Source: a bacterium
Lineage (GTDB): Bacteria > JADJOY01
Length of the DNA stretch: 64,000 nucleotides
NCBI GenBank assembly: GCA_046331705.1
Contig: JAXLQJ010000002.1
Location: 78,370-142,369, forward strand
Direction: 5' to 3'
The notes under the pieces were generated by a model. It did not search any database, was not told where the DNA came from, and was given only the letters and a program-made list of their open reading frames with translations. Below, piece by piece: positions 1 to 8,562 of the stretch (its first letter is position 1; each line of letters begins with the position of its first letter). Made by a program: the position numbers and the translations under genes.

Positions 1-402
1 GAAGCCGGTGATGCTTCTCGCTGTCGAGCGCCATGGCTTCGAGCAACGCCCGCGTCACCGTGCCGCCCTCCTCCGGAATCCGCGAGCGCAACTCGTGGCA
101 GGCATCGATCGTCTCGCGCTCGTGCCGTCGGAGCTCGCGCGTCAGCTGCAAGAGCTTCGGCCGATCGACGCTGTGGCGCTTGGTCGGCGACGCCTCCCGC
201 GGCTCGCGCAACCAGCTCGCCATGGTGCGCAGCAGCAGATGATGCAGCTCCTCCTCGGTGAGGATGTGACTCACGAGGCTGCCCAGCGCATCCTCGCCGA
301 GGTTCTCCGCGAGCTCCCGATACGTCTCGAGAATCCGTCCCTCTTCGTTCGCGTGGCGATCGAAGCTCGCCGCGAGCGATTCGCGCATCTCGTCCCTGGC
401 CA
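1..402 (-). CDS. hypothetical protein, partial (3' end beyond window start)
   Basis: Minus-strand frame with G/C-dominated third positions; GGAGGA 7 nt upstream of GTG at 402; reads VARDEMRESLAASFDRHANEEGRILETYREL. Preferred over overlapping plus ORF 8..469, whose third positions are mixed. Confidence 0.45.
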
Positions 403-444
403 CGGTCGTATCCTCCGCTCGTCGCGCGTCCGGGATCCGGATCG

Positions 445-2130
445 TCACGCGAGATACGTCTTCATGTAGCGGTCCATCTCGGACGTGGGCTTCCACCACT
501 TCCTGACGCCGAGATCCTCGGCGACGCTGTTGGCGCCCAGATATCCGGGCCCGCCCAGCACGAGCCCGCCGGGATAGGTCGACACGCCGCACACGTAGAG
601 ACCTTCGATCGGGGTGCGCGTGCTCGAGCAGTGCTCGTTCGGGCGGTAATAGCCCATCTGCAGCGGTCGATAGTCGCCGTGCTTGATCGAGCCGCGCCGC
701 ATGTGCGGAAAGCGGATCTCGATGTCCTCGGGGTCCTCCATCGAGCGGCTGACGATGTTCTCGGGCGTGAGGTTCGGCGCGGCCTTGCACCACTTGGCGA
801 GGATCGCTCGCTGGATCTCGTCGCGACGTGCGAGCCATCCGCCCTCGAGATCGTATGGGGCGTGGAGCTGGAACATCGAAACGTATTTCCCGGGCCGGTC
901 GCTCAGCGTCGGATCGAATTGGCTCTCGCAGGTCGAATGTCCGCCGAAGGCATTCAGATCCAGCTTGCCCTGGGCCACGTTCCCCCAATGCGCCAGCAGC
1001 GAATCGACGCCTTCGATCCCCACCACGGTGGCGAAGGCCTGATCGATCCAGGGGTCGTCCGAGCGGTACTTCGGGCGCTCGTTGGCGGCGATGTGAAGCG
1101 TGTTGAAACTCCACTTGTCCCATGCCCAGCCCTTCACCGAGTCCTTGAGCGCGGGCGTGAGGTGAGCCTCGCCGACCAGGTCGAGGAAGGTGGTGTGCGG
1201 ATCGAGCGTCGACATCACCACCTTGGCGCGCAGCTCGCGGTCCTCGTGGAAGAGATGGACGCCGACGGCGCGGCCGTTCTCCACGAGGATCTTGTCGACG
1301 GTGGCGGCTTCCAGGATCAGCCCGCCCCCCTTGAGCACCTGCCGTCCCAGGGCGCTCGCGAACTTGTGCGAGCCGCCGTAGCAGTAGCATTTGTTCATGG
1401 CGCGATCGATCATCAACGGCACCATGAAACCGAGGCCCGTCTCGCGAGGATCGAGCCCCCACATGCAGCTCGCGTAGAGCAAGAGCGCGCGCACCTTGTC
1501 GTGCTCGAAGGTCTCGGTGATGAGCTCGAGCGCGCTCTTCTCGCCCAGCTCCAGCATCTCTTGGCCGACCTTGGTGCGCTGCATCGCCATGGTGATCTCG
1601 ATGGGCGCCATGGGAGGGATGTAGGTCGCGGGCGCGATGATCTCGTCGACGATCTTGCGCCACTGGCGAATGACCTTGCCGAACCTCACCGAGTCCTTGA
1701 ACGAATACTTCGCGAAGGAATCCTTGGTGTCGTTCGCCATCTTGGCGAGCAGGATCGAGCGGCCGTCGTCGAACACCATCCCGGTCTGGCAATTCGGCCG
1801 GATCCAGGTCAGCGCCGGCCCGTCGAGGCCGAAGTCCCGGATGGCGGGCATGTAGTCCACCATCATGTGGTAGAGCACGTGCGGGTTCGACGAATAGCAG
1901 GGATAGAGATTCTCCTCGGTCGCGAGCCCACCCCCGGCCTCGAAGCGGCGCTCCACCACCGCGACGCTCAAGCCCGCCTGCGCGAGGTAGGCGCCGGCGA
2001 TGAGCCCGTTCGGTCCAGCGCCGATGATGACCACGTCGAACTCGCTTCGCTTCGGAAACTCCTCTTGCATGTGTCCGAAGGGATCGGACGGGTCGAACTC
2101 GAACTCGGACGTGTAGTTGAACTTGGGCAT
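445..2130 (-). CDS. FAD-dependent oxidoreductase, phytoene desaturase (CrtI) family, paralog 1
   Basis: N-terminal DVVIIGAGPNGL dinucleotide-binding motif and C-terminal RTPIEGLY motif; AGGACGAGG RBS before ATG (MPKFNYTSEF). Track ORF 445..2238 trimmed to this start. Confidence 0.8.
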   Translation of the reverse strand: MPKFNYTSEFEFDPSDPFGHMQEEFPKRSEFDVVIIGAGPNGLIAGAYLAQAGLSVAVVERRFEAGGGLATEENLYPCYSSNPHVLYHMMVDYMPAIRDFGLDGPALTWIRPNCQTGMVFDDGRSILLAKMANDTKDSFAKYSFKDSVRFGKVIRQWRKIVDEIIAPATYIPPMAPIEITMAMQRTKVGQEMLELGEKSALELITETFEHDKVRALLLYASCMWGLDPRETGLGFMVPLMIDRAMNKCYCYGGSHKFASALGRQVLKGGGLILEAATVDKILVENGRAVGVHLFHEDRELRAKVVMSTLDPHTTFLDLVGEAHLTPALKDSVKGWAWDKWSFNTLHIAANERPKYRSDDPWIDQAFATVVGIEGVDSLLAHWGNVAQGKLDLNAFGGHSTCESQFDPTLSDRPGKYVSMFQLHAPYDLEGGWLARRDEIQRAILAKWCKAAPNLTPENIVSRSMEDPEDIEIRFPHMRRGSIKHGDYRPLQMGYYRPNEHCSSTRTPIEGLYVCGVSTYPGGLVLGGPGYLGANSVAEDLGVRKWWKPTSEMDRYMKTYLA

Positions 2131-2152
2131 GGCCGAGCCTCGTCCTTTCGCC

Positions 2153-3877
2153 TCAACCGCGCTTCGCGGAGATCTTGCCTTGCTGCGGGATGTACCAAGG
2201 CGACGCGTACCACCAGTCGCCCGGCTCGGCGATGCCATCCTCGATGAGGATGTGCATGAGGTTGTAAGGGATCGCCATGAGGCAGAGCCCGCCTGGGTGC
2301 CCCGAGGTCTGATGCGCGTGGTAGAGGCCCTCGATCGGCGTGCGATAGCGCGCCAGCTCCTTGATCGGGCGGTTGGTCCAGAGCTGATCCTCGTCGTGGC
2401 GGCTGCCGCACCAGGTGCCGCCGATGAGCCCGGTGTTGCGGAACTCGACGTCGCGACCGGTGGCGCTCCAGTGGTGGATCAGGTTCGCGTCGTCCAGGCC
2501 GTCCACCATCTGGCCATACGCGGCGCGCATGTACGCATCCATCTCGGCCTTGTAGCGATCGAGGGCGTCCTCGCCTTCCTTGTGGAGGTCCGGCGACGTC
2601 ACCGCGACCTCGAAGGCGTTCGAGACGTAGCCGCGCCGATAGCTCGCCTGGCAGTCGGTGGGATCGAACGTCTGCGGCGGCGCGTGGAACCACATCACGC
2701 GCTCCGCCGGCACCACGGGTTGCCCTTTGTGCCCGTCCACGTCGGCGACGTTCTCGTAATAGATCTCGCGCGAGTCGCACGGATAGACGCCGAGCTGCGG
2801 GGTGCGCGCCGGACCCGCGCCGATACCTTTCGAGTCCGCGTGGGAGGCGAACTTCGCGTTGAGCCGGAGCGGCGTCTTGGTGTGAAAGACCGACACGTAG
2901 AGCGTCTGGTTCTTGAGGCTCACGTCCTTGATCTTCTGGATCACGCCCGGATCCAGGTGCTTCGGGCCGACCATCTTCAGGAACGCCTGGTGCACGTCGA
3001 CGGCGGCGATGACCGCCTTGTTCGCGCGGATGGTGCGACCGCCCATCGCCGCGGTCTCGCGGAGCCGCACGCCGATGGCACGACCATCCTCGATCAGGAT
3101 CTCTTCCACCGGACAGCAGGTGCGGACCATCGCGCCGTGGCTCACCGCAGCGCGATGGATCGCGTGGAAATAGCCGTGCAGACCGCCGCGCGGGATGCTG
3201 CGGTTCCCGGTGTTCGGAAGGGTGAGAAGCTGCACCGACGTCACCGCCGGGATCGCGACTCCCTCCCAGTGGCCCGCCGCCCCCGACGCCCAGGCCGCGA
3301 ACGCCATCGCGGTCTTGAAGTGCTCGGTCTCGCAGTGCTCGTCGAGCAGATCCAGCATCGTCATCTCGCGCAGCTCGTGCGTCCAGATGTCGGGCTGGTG
3401 CTGCTTGTAGACCTGCATGTACGGGACGTTGTCGTCCGTGACTTCCACCTCCGGCGGGTGCGGCGGGCACCAGAACGTCGCGCGCATCAGGTCGCGGGTG
3501 AAGGGCGGCGACCCCAACAACCCGCCGAGCTTCGCCCAGCCGAGCTTGTCGGTGTCGGAGATGGGCCGCCAGCCGTCCGTGCAGGCGAAGTCGGTGTTTT
3601 CCGTGAGCACGTCGTGGGGAGACCAATTCATGCGGAAACCGTGCTTGTGGAGCTCGAGCTGCTGGAAGCCCGGCGCCGGCGACGCGTACATGAGCATCGC
3701 GTGCGGAAAGATCCGCACGCCCGGGATCGGCTCCTGCGTCTCGCAGGCGCCGCCGCACTCGGTGCGCTCCTCGAGCACGCACACACTCAGGCCGCACTTC
3801 GCGAGGTACGCCGCCGTGGTCATGCCATTCGGCCCAGCGCCGACGATCACGATGTCGAACCGTTCGTCCTTGGCCAT
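2153..3877 (-). CDS. FAD-dependent oxidoreductase, phytoene desaturase (CrtI) family, paralog 2
   Basis: MAKDERFDIVIVGAGPNGM N-terminus with GGGAGG RBS; C-terminal RTPIEGLY motif. Track ORF 2153..4117 trimmed. Confidence 0.8.
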   Translation of the reverse strand: MAKDERFDIVIVGAGPNGMTTAAYLAKCGLSVCVLEERTECGGACETQEPIPGVRIFPHAMLMYASPAPGFQQLELHKHGFRMNWSPHDVLTENTDFACTDGWRPISDTDKLGWAKLGGLLGSPPFTRDLMRATFWCPPHPPEVEVTDDNVPYMQVYKQHQPDIWTHELREMTMLDLLDEHCETEHFKTAMAFAAWASGAAGHWEGVAIPAVTSVQLLTLPNTGNRSIPRGGLHGYFHAIHRAAVSHGAMVRTCCPVEEILIEDGRAIGVRLRETAAMGGRTIRANKAVIAAVDVHQAFLKMVGPKHLDPGVIQKIKDVSLKNQTLYVSVFHTKTPLRLNAKFASHADSKGIGAGPARTPQLGVYPCDSREIYYENVADVDGHKGQPVVPAERVMWFHAPPQTFDPTDCQASYRRGYVSNAFEVAVTSPDLHKEGEDALDRYKAEMDAYMRAAYGQMVDGLDDANLIHHWSATGRDVEFRNTGLIGGTWCGSRHDEDQLWTNRPIKELARYRTPIEGLYHAHQTSGHPGGLCLMAIPYNLMHILIEDGIAEPGDWWYASPWYIPQQGKISAKRG

Positions 3878-3930
3878 GAAGCCTCCCAGACTCGTCCCGT
3901 CACCCCACCGATCGACCGCCCCGGCGCCCG

Positions 3931-5559
3931 TCAGACGTAGCCCGCTTCTCGAGCCGCCGTGACGTACGTGGGCTCCGTCCACCACTTCGCGATCGCGAAG
4001 TCCTCGGCGATCGCGTTCGCGCAGTTGTAGCCAGGCCCGAAGATCACCATCCCCCCGGGCGCCGCGCTCGCGCCGCCGAGGTAGAGCCCCTTGACCGGCG
4101 TTCGATATTGCGAGCACTCCTGGTTCGGACGCAGGTAGCCCATCTGCAGCGGGTGGTACGCACCCTGCTTGTAGCTACCCCGCACCATGTTCGCGAACTT
4201 GTTCTGGAGGTCGGCAGGAGTCGTGAGATACGTCCACAACACGGCATCCTTGGTGAGGTTCGGAGCGTACCGACGAAGCACGGCGAGCTGCCGCTCGGCG
4301 GCCTCCTCTCGATACGCTCGATTCAGCCAACGTTCGGATCCCCCGTTCGCCAGCTCGAATGGCGCCATCTGGGAGATCAGTCCCGAGGCTCTCCCCGCGG
4401 GGGCTTGAAACGGATCGTGCCGGCTCGGAAAGCAGCAGTTGAAACCCGCGGCGTCCGGCATCTCGCCCCGCCCCATCGCATCCCAGTGGCTTTTCAGATC
4501 CGCCAGCGACTCGTAACCGAGGACGTAGATGAACGCGTCGTCGATCTCCGGCTCCTTCTCCGCGGCGGTGAAATGCGGCTGCTCGGCGAGGGCCAAGTGC
4601 TGGACGGCCAGGCTCCACTTCTCCCACTGCCACACACGCAGCATCTCGACGAACTCCTCGTCGAGCTTCTCCTCGCCCACGTACTTCAAGAAGGTCTGAT
4701 GGGTGTCGATGGTGCTCACGACGGCCTTGCTCGCCGCGTAGCGCGTCCCGTCCACGAGCTCGACGCCCTTGGCGACGTTGTTCTCGACCACGATCCGAGC
4801 GATCTGCGCGTTGGTTCGGATCTGACCCTTCTGCTCGAAGATCGATTTCAGCAGCGCTCCCGACACGCGGTGCGAACCGCCCACCGTGAGGCGATAATTC
4901 GCCATGCGATTCAAGTAGATCGGCACCATGTAGCTGACGCCCGACTGCGAATAGTCGAGCCCCCAATGACACGCCATGTAGAGCATCAGCGTTCGCACGT
5001 GCTCGTTCTCGAAGAGCTCGCAGACGATCTCTTCCGGCGTCTTCTCCGTGTACTCCGAGAGTGCTCGGCCGAGCTCCGTCATCTCCGCCCGCGCCGCCAT
5101 GAGCGGCGCCGCGTCCATCGGCACGTACGTCTGCGGCCCCAGGATGTGAGTCATCAGCTCGCCGAAGCGACGCTGCATGTCGCGGTAAGTATCCGCGTCT
5201 CGTCTCGAGAACCGAGCGATGGAAGCGCACGATCGCTCGACGTCGTGGTGAATGCAGAGCGCTCGCCCGTCCGCGAGCGGCATCGCGACCTGAAGCTCGG
5301 GGCGGATGTGTCGAACGCCGTATCGCTGCTCGAACTCGAAGTCCGAGTAGACCGGCGCGTAGTCGACCATCATCATGTAGACGGCGTGGGTGTTGTGATA
5401 GAAGTCCGGCAGCGTCACTTGCTCGGTGCAAAGGCCTCCTCCTGCTTCGAAACGTTTTTCGAGCAGCAACACCTTCTGCCCGGCCTTGCTCAGATACGCC
5501 GCGATGGCGAGCCCGTTCGGACCGCTTCCGATGACGATCACGTCGTAGACTTGCGTCAT
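3931..5559 (-). CDS. FAD-dependent oxidoreductase, phytoene desaturase (CrtI) family, paralog 3
   Basis: MTQVYDVIVIGSGPNGL N-terminus; C-terminal RTPVKGLY motif; 542 aa ORF. Confidence 0.8.
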   Translation of the reverse strand: MTQVYDVIVIGSGPNGLAIAAYLSKAGQKVLLLEKRFEAGGGLCTEQVTLPDFYHNTHAVYMMMVDYAPVYSDFEFEQRYGVRHIRPELQVAMPLADGRALCIHHDVERSCASIARFSRRDADTYRDMQRRFGELMTHILGPQTYVPMDAAPLMAARAEMTELGRALSEYTEKTPEEIVCELFENEHVRTLMLYMACHWGLDYSQSGVSYMVPIYLNRMANYRLTVGGSHRVSGALLKSIFEQKGQIRTNAQIARIVVENNVAKGVELVDGTRYAASKAVVSTIDTHQTFLKYVGEEKLDEEFVEMLRVWQWEKWSLAVQHLALAEQPHFTAAEKEPEIDDAFIYVLGYESLADLKSHWDAMGRGEMPDAAGFNCCFPSRHDPFQAPAGRASGLISQMAPFELANGGSERWLNRAYREEAAERQLAVLRRYAPNLTKDAVLWTYLTTPADLQNKFANMVRGSYKQGAYHPLQMGYLRPNQECSQYRTPVKGLYLGGASAAPGGMVIFGPGYNCANAIAEDFAIAKWWTEPTYVTAAREAGYV

Positions 5560-5656
5560 GAGATCCCTCGCGCCTCACTCGCGCCTCACGCGCGCCTCTC
5601 GCGCGCGGCGCGCAGCGCCCTCGCGGGGCTTCGCGCTTGCCATCGATGCGAAACGC

Positions 5657-7384
5657 TCACGCGACCCGCGGTCGGGCGTTCGCCTGCACCCGACGTTTCA
5701 CGATCTTGATCTGCTCGACCAGCGAGTCCGGCTCTTCCTTGCCTGGCTCGAGCCAAGGTTTCGCGAGCCCCAGATCCGCCGCGATGATCCGATAGCAGTT
5801 GTAGGCCTCCGTCGCTCCCGCGTTCGAGCCGACGTGCCACGCGCCGCCCGTGGCATAGAGGTTGGCGATCGGCGTGCGATGGTTCGCGAGCTCGGGCGTC
5901 GGACGGTTCTCGTCGGTCTGGAACGGCGAGCGATCGACGCCCGCCATGGTGCCGTTGGGACCGAGGTTCTTCATGCGGCGGTGATCGAACGAGCAGTTCG
6001 TATCGACGCCGATCACGTTGTCCCAGGTCATGTTGGGCGCGTAGTCCTGCCAGATCGTGATCAGCTCGTCGGCGTAGCGTTTCTTGATCTCGAGCCATTG
6101 CCGCTCGCTGAACGCCGTGGCGGGCGGTCCGAGCTGCTCGTTCTGGACGACGTGCTTTCCCGGAGGCGCGAAGCTCGGATCGACGAGGCTGTGACAGCCC
6201 ACCGTCGGCGCGTAGTCCTCGAGCGGCGGGAACTTCTGAAGCTTCTGGTACCAGCACTCGCGCGCCAGGTGCATCGGGTCGGGATCGGGCTGGAGCCCGA
6301 GCCACTGGCACTCGTGAATGTCCGGGTTGAACGCCTCGGCCTTGTACTTGGGCGCCGCGTGGACCGCGAAGCTGTACCACATGAGGCAGCCGAAGGTGTC
6401 TTGCAACAGCTCGACGCGCCGGCGCAGCAAGCCGTCCACGTGCTCCGCGCCGATCAGATCGAAGATCAATTGGTGCGGCGAGAGCGTGCTGACGACGATC
6501 TTGCGCGCCGCGATCTCGCTGCCGTCCGCGAGACGGATCCCGGTGGCGCGACCATTCTCGATGATGGCCTTGCTGACCGGTGAGCTGGTGAAGAACCGGC
6601 AGCCCCTCTGGATGAGGATCTGATGAGCCGCGTGCGCGATCTGGTGAGTGCCGCCGCGGTTGAAACCGATCGTCGGGAGCGTGGCCGCCATGCCCATCGT
6701 GGTCATGCCGGTGCCCGCTTCGTTGATGTCGACCACCGACGAGATGGCGAAACGCAGGATGCAGGATTGAAGCTCGGGAGACTCGAACCACTCCTGCGCG
6801 GCTCGTAGCCCGCTCGCCTTCATGGTCAACGTGTCCGGCGTGAAACCGTTCTCGAGCAGCGTCGGATAGAGCATCGCCTGGCGCTCCATGACGTCGCCCG
6901 AGATTCGTTCGTCGGCGGGCTTGAACAACGCGTCCACGAGCACCCGCAGGTATTCGTCGGTCTCGGTGAGCTTGGCGAGCCGACGCCAGGTATCGGCGTC
7001 GCGCTCCGAGAAGCGGGCGATCTCGTTGGCGGTCCGCTCTTGGGTGGGATCGTGCTTGACGCTGTAGATCGCGAGACAGCTCTCGGTGTCCCGGAACACG
7101 AAGCCGTCCGCGCACGTGTGCTGATCCCACTGCGCGCCGTAGTCCCAGAACTCGGGGAAGTCGCGCCACACGGGCGCGTAGTACCAGGGCAGGATGATGT
7201 TCGCGTGCGTGTTGCCGCGAAAGCCGGGGGCCGACGTCTCCTCGGTCGCGAGACAACCGCCGACCTCGTGACGGCGCTCGAAGATCCCGACGCTCATGCC
7301 GGCGTACTTCGTCAGGTACATCGCGAGCAACAGCGCCTTGTTGCCGCCCCCCACGATCACCGCGTCGAACGCCGCGTCGGCCAT
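5657..7384 (-). CDS. FAD-dependent oxidoreductase, phytoene desaturase (CrtI) family, paralog 4 (divergent GGGNKA nucleotide-binding loop)
   Basis: MADAAFDAVIVGGGNKAL N-terminus; C-terminal RTPIANLY motif; GAAGGGAG RBS before ATG. Confidence 0.75.
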   Translation of the reverse strand: MADAAFDAVIVGGGNKALLLAMYLTKYAGMSVGIFERRHEVGGCLATEETSAPGFRGNTHANIILPWYYAPVWRDFPEFWDYGAQWDQHTCADGFVFRDTESCLAIYSVKHDPTQERTANEIARFSERDADTWRRLAKLTETDEYLRVLVDALFKPADERISGDVMERQAMLYPTLLENGFTPDTLTMKASGLRAAQEWFESPELQSCILRFAISSVVDINEAGTGMTTMGMAATLPTIGFNRGGTHQIAHAAHQILIQRGCRFFTSSPVSKAIIENGRATGIRLADGSEIAARKIVVSTLSPHQLIFDLIGAEHVDGLLRRRVELLQDTFGCLMWYSFAVHAAPKYKAEAFNPDIHECQWLGLQPDPDPMHLARECWYQKLQKFPPLEDYAPTVGCHSLVDPSFAPPGKHVVQNEQLGPPATAFSERQWLEIKKRYADELITIWQDYAPNMTWDNVIGVDTNCSFDHRRMKNLGPNGTMAGVDRSPFQTDENRPTPELANHRTPIANLYATGGAWHVGSNAGATEAYNCYRIIAADLGLAKPWLEPGKEEPDSLVEQIKIVKRRVQANARPRVA

Positions 7385-7455
7385 CCGGACTCCCTTCTCT
7401 CGTCATCCGCCTGTCGATCGATACGGTGACTCCCCTGCGTCTTGTGCCACGCAGC

Positions 7456-7704
7456 TCAGAAATCGCCGGGATGGATCGGCGGCTTGAACCACGCGCGGAT
7501 GCGCAGCACGAAGGACACCACCGACATCGTGAGCATCGCCTTGAGAATGACGAGGATGTCCTGACGACTCACGGCACCGCGGATCTTCCAGCGCACCGGC
7601 TGAGTCGTTTGCATCTCCATGATGAGGTAATCGCCTTGAGCCTTCAGCGAGACCATCTCCGCCACCAGCTCCGCCTTGCCGAGTCCCGTCGATCGCATCA
7701 GCAT
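7456..7704 (-). CDS. small hypothetical protein with hydrophobic C-terminal segment (82 aa)
   Basis: High-GC3 minus frame; GAGGTGG RBS before ATG; putative TM stretch ILVILKAMLTMSVVSFVL; sits between the operator region and the oxidoreductase quartet. Confidence 0.45.
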   Translation of the reverse strand: MLMRSTGLGKAELVAEMVSLKAQGDYLIMEMQTTQPVRWKIRGAVSRQDILVILKAMLTMSVVSFVLRIRAWFKPPIHPGDF

Positions 7705-7759
7705 CGTTCGTCCACCTCGCTCGTGTCTCGAAAACCCGACCGGCCTCGATCGGCGCGCC

Positions 7760-8101
7760 TCAACTCATCGCCTCGAGATACTTTTCGAGGATGTGGCTCA
7801 TGATCTGCGCCGTCTGCGCCCGCGCTTTTCTGAGCGCGGGATTCGAATGGAGGAAGATGAGGTCGTCGAGCTCTTCGTCGGTGAAGGTCTCCGAGTAGAC
7901 GTACTCCGTGATCGCGATCGCTTGCTGGAAATCGTGGTGGTACTCGTCCTTTGCTTGCTGGAGCTCGGCCGCGAATCGTTCGTTTCCGTCGTTCTTGGCC
8001 TTCGCGATGAAGTACGTGAGCGCGAACTCGACGATGCTCGAATAGTGCGCGTGCGACTCCGATTCGCGCAGGTACTCGCGGGTCTTCTCTATCGATGCCA
8101 T
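7760..8101 (-). CDS. hypothetical protein (113 aa)
   Basis: ORF 7760..8347 trimmed to ATG at 8101 (MASIEKTREYLRESESHAHY); composition distinct from shadow ORFs; first gene downstream of the palindromic operator region on the minus strand. Confidence 0.55.
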   Translation of the reverse strand: MASIEKTREYLRESESHAHYSSIVEFALTYFIAKAKNDGNERFAAELQQAKDEYHHDFQQAIAITEYVYSETFTDEELDDLIFLHSNPALRKARAQTAQIMSHILEKYLEAMS

Positions 8102-8285
8102 GCGTGGCTCCGGGCAGTGGGCGAAGCGCGACGAGGCGCGCCCGGGCGCGTCGGCGCGAGCGCCGACGAGCTCGCAGAGGTTGCTTTCGCGTGAACCGAG
8201 CGCGTCGCGGAGAGTCGCGCGGAAGGTCTCGGTTGGGTGCGGATTCGAGTCACGACGTTCGCGTTTCGATTCCACCGCATGCGAA

Positions 8286-8301
8286 GTAGAACATGTTCTA
8301 C
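8286..8301. promoter_or_regulatory. perfect 16-bp palindrome GTAGAACATGTTCTAC, KstR-type (TnnAACnnGTTnnA) operator-like site
   Basis: Read directly; core TAGAACATGTTCTA fits the TetR/KstR-type consensus; lies in an AT-richer divergent intergenic region. Confidence 0.55.
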
Positions 8302-8475
8302 TCGACGGTATTTCAGGTGCGCAAGCAACTTGCGTGACCTGCAGCACGCAACGATGAAATATTTTTCGAATGGCTCACGGCGCGACGAGACGGTGCGCGG
8401 CGAGAATTTCGAGCGATCGAAGCGCTGGGTGACGGGCGTCACATTTTCAGCCGGCGGCGCTGTTCCATGATGCAA

Positions 8476-8491
8476 GTAGAACGTGTTCTAA
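8476..8491. promoter_or_regulatory. second operator-like palindrome GTAGAACGTGTTCTAA
   Basis: Core TAGAACGTGTTCTA is a perfect 14-bp palindrome fitting TnnAACnnGTTnnA; about 75 bp upstream of the acyl-CoA dehydrogenase start. Confidence 0.55.
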
Positions 8492-8562
8492 TCGAACCGA
8501 CGCGCCGCGGACGGACGGCGGCGGCACAGGCGATCCGCGGCGGATCGTGGAGCGAGCACGGC

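Noticed and set aside
8-469. Plus-strand ORF (153 aa) at the left edge
   Set aside because: Third codon positions are mixed; the overlapping minus-strand frame has G/C-dominated third positions and an RBS, so the gene is called on the minus strand.
1968-7406. Long ORFs overlapping the oxidoreductase quartet (1968..3797-, 2117..3940+, 4108..5709+, 4175..5578-, 5586..7406-)
   Set aside because: Arg/Ala/Gly/Pro-dominated translations typical of shadow frames in high-G+C DNA; the co-located minus-strand frames give recognisable flavoprotein motifs.
8467-8562. ATG start at 8467 for the first acyl-CoA dehydrogenase
   Set aside because: That start overlaps the palindromic operator and adds an atypical N-terminal extension; the in-frame GTG at 8563 gives a canonical ACAD N-terminus.
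8102-8562. TetR/KstR-family regulator gene adjacent to the operators
   Set aside because: No ORF in or beside this region has a TetR-type HTH N-terminus; the regulator, if any, is outside the window.
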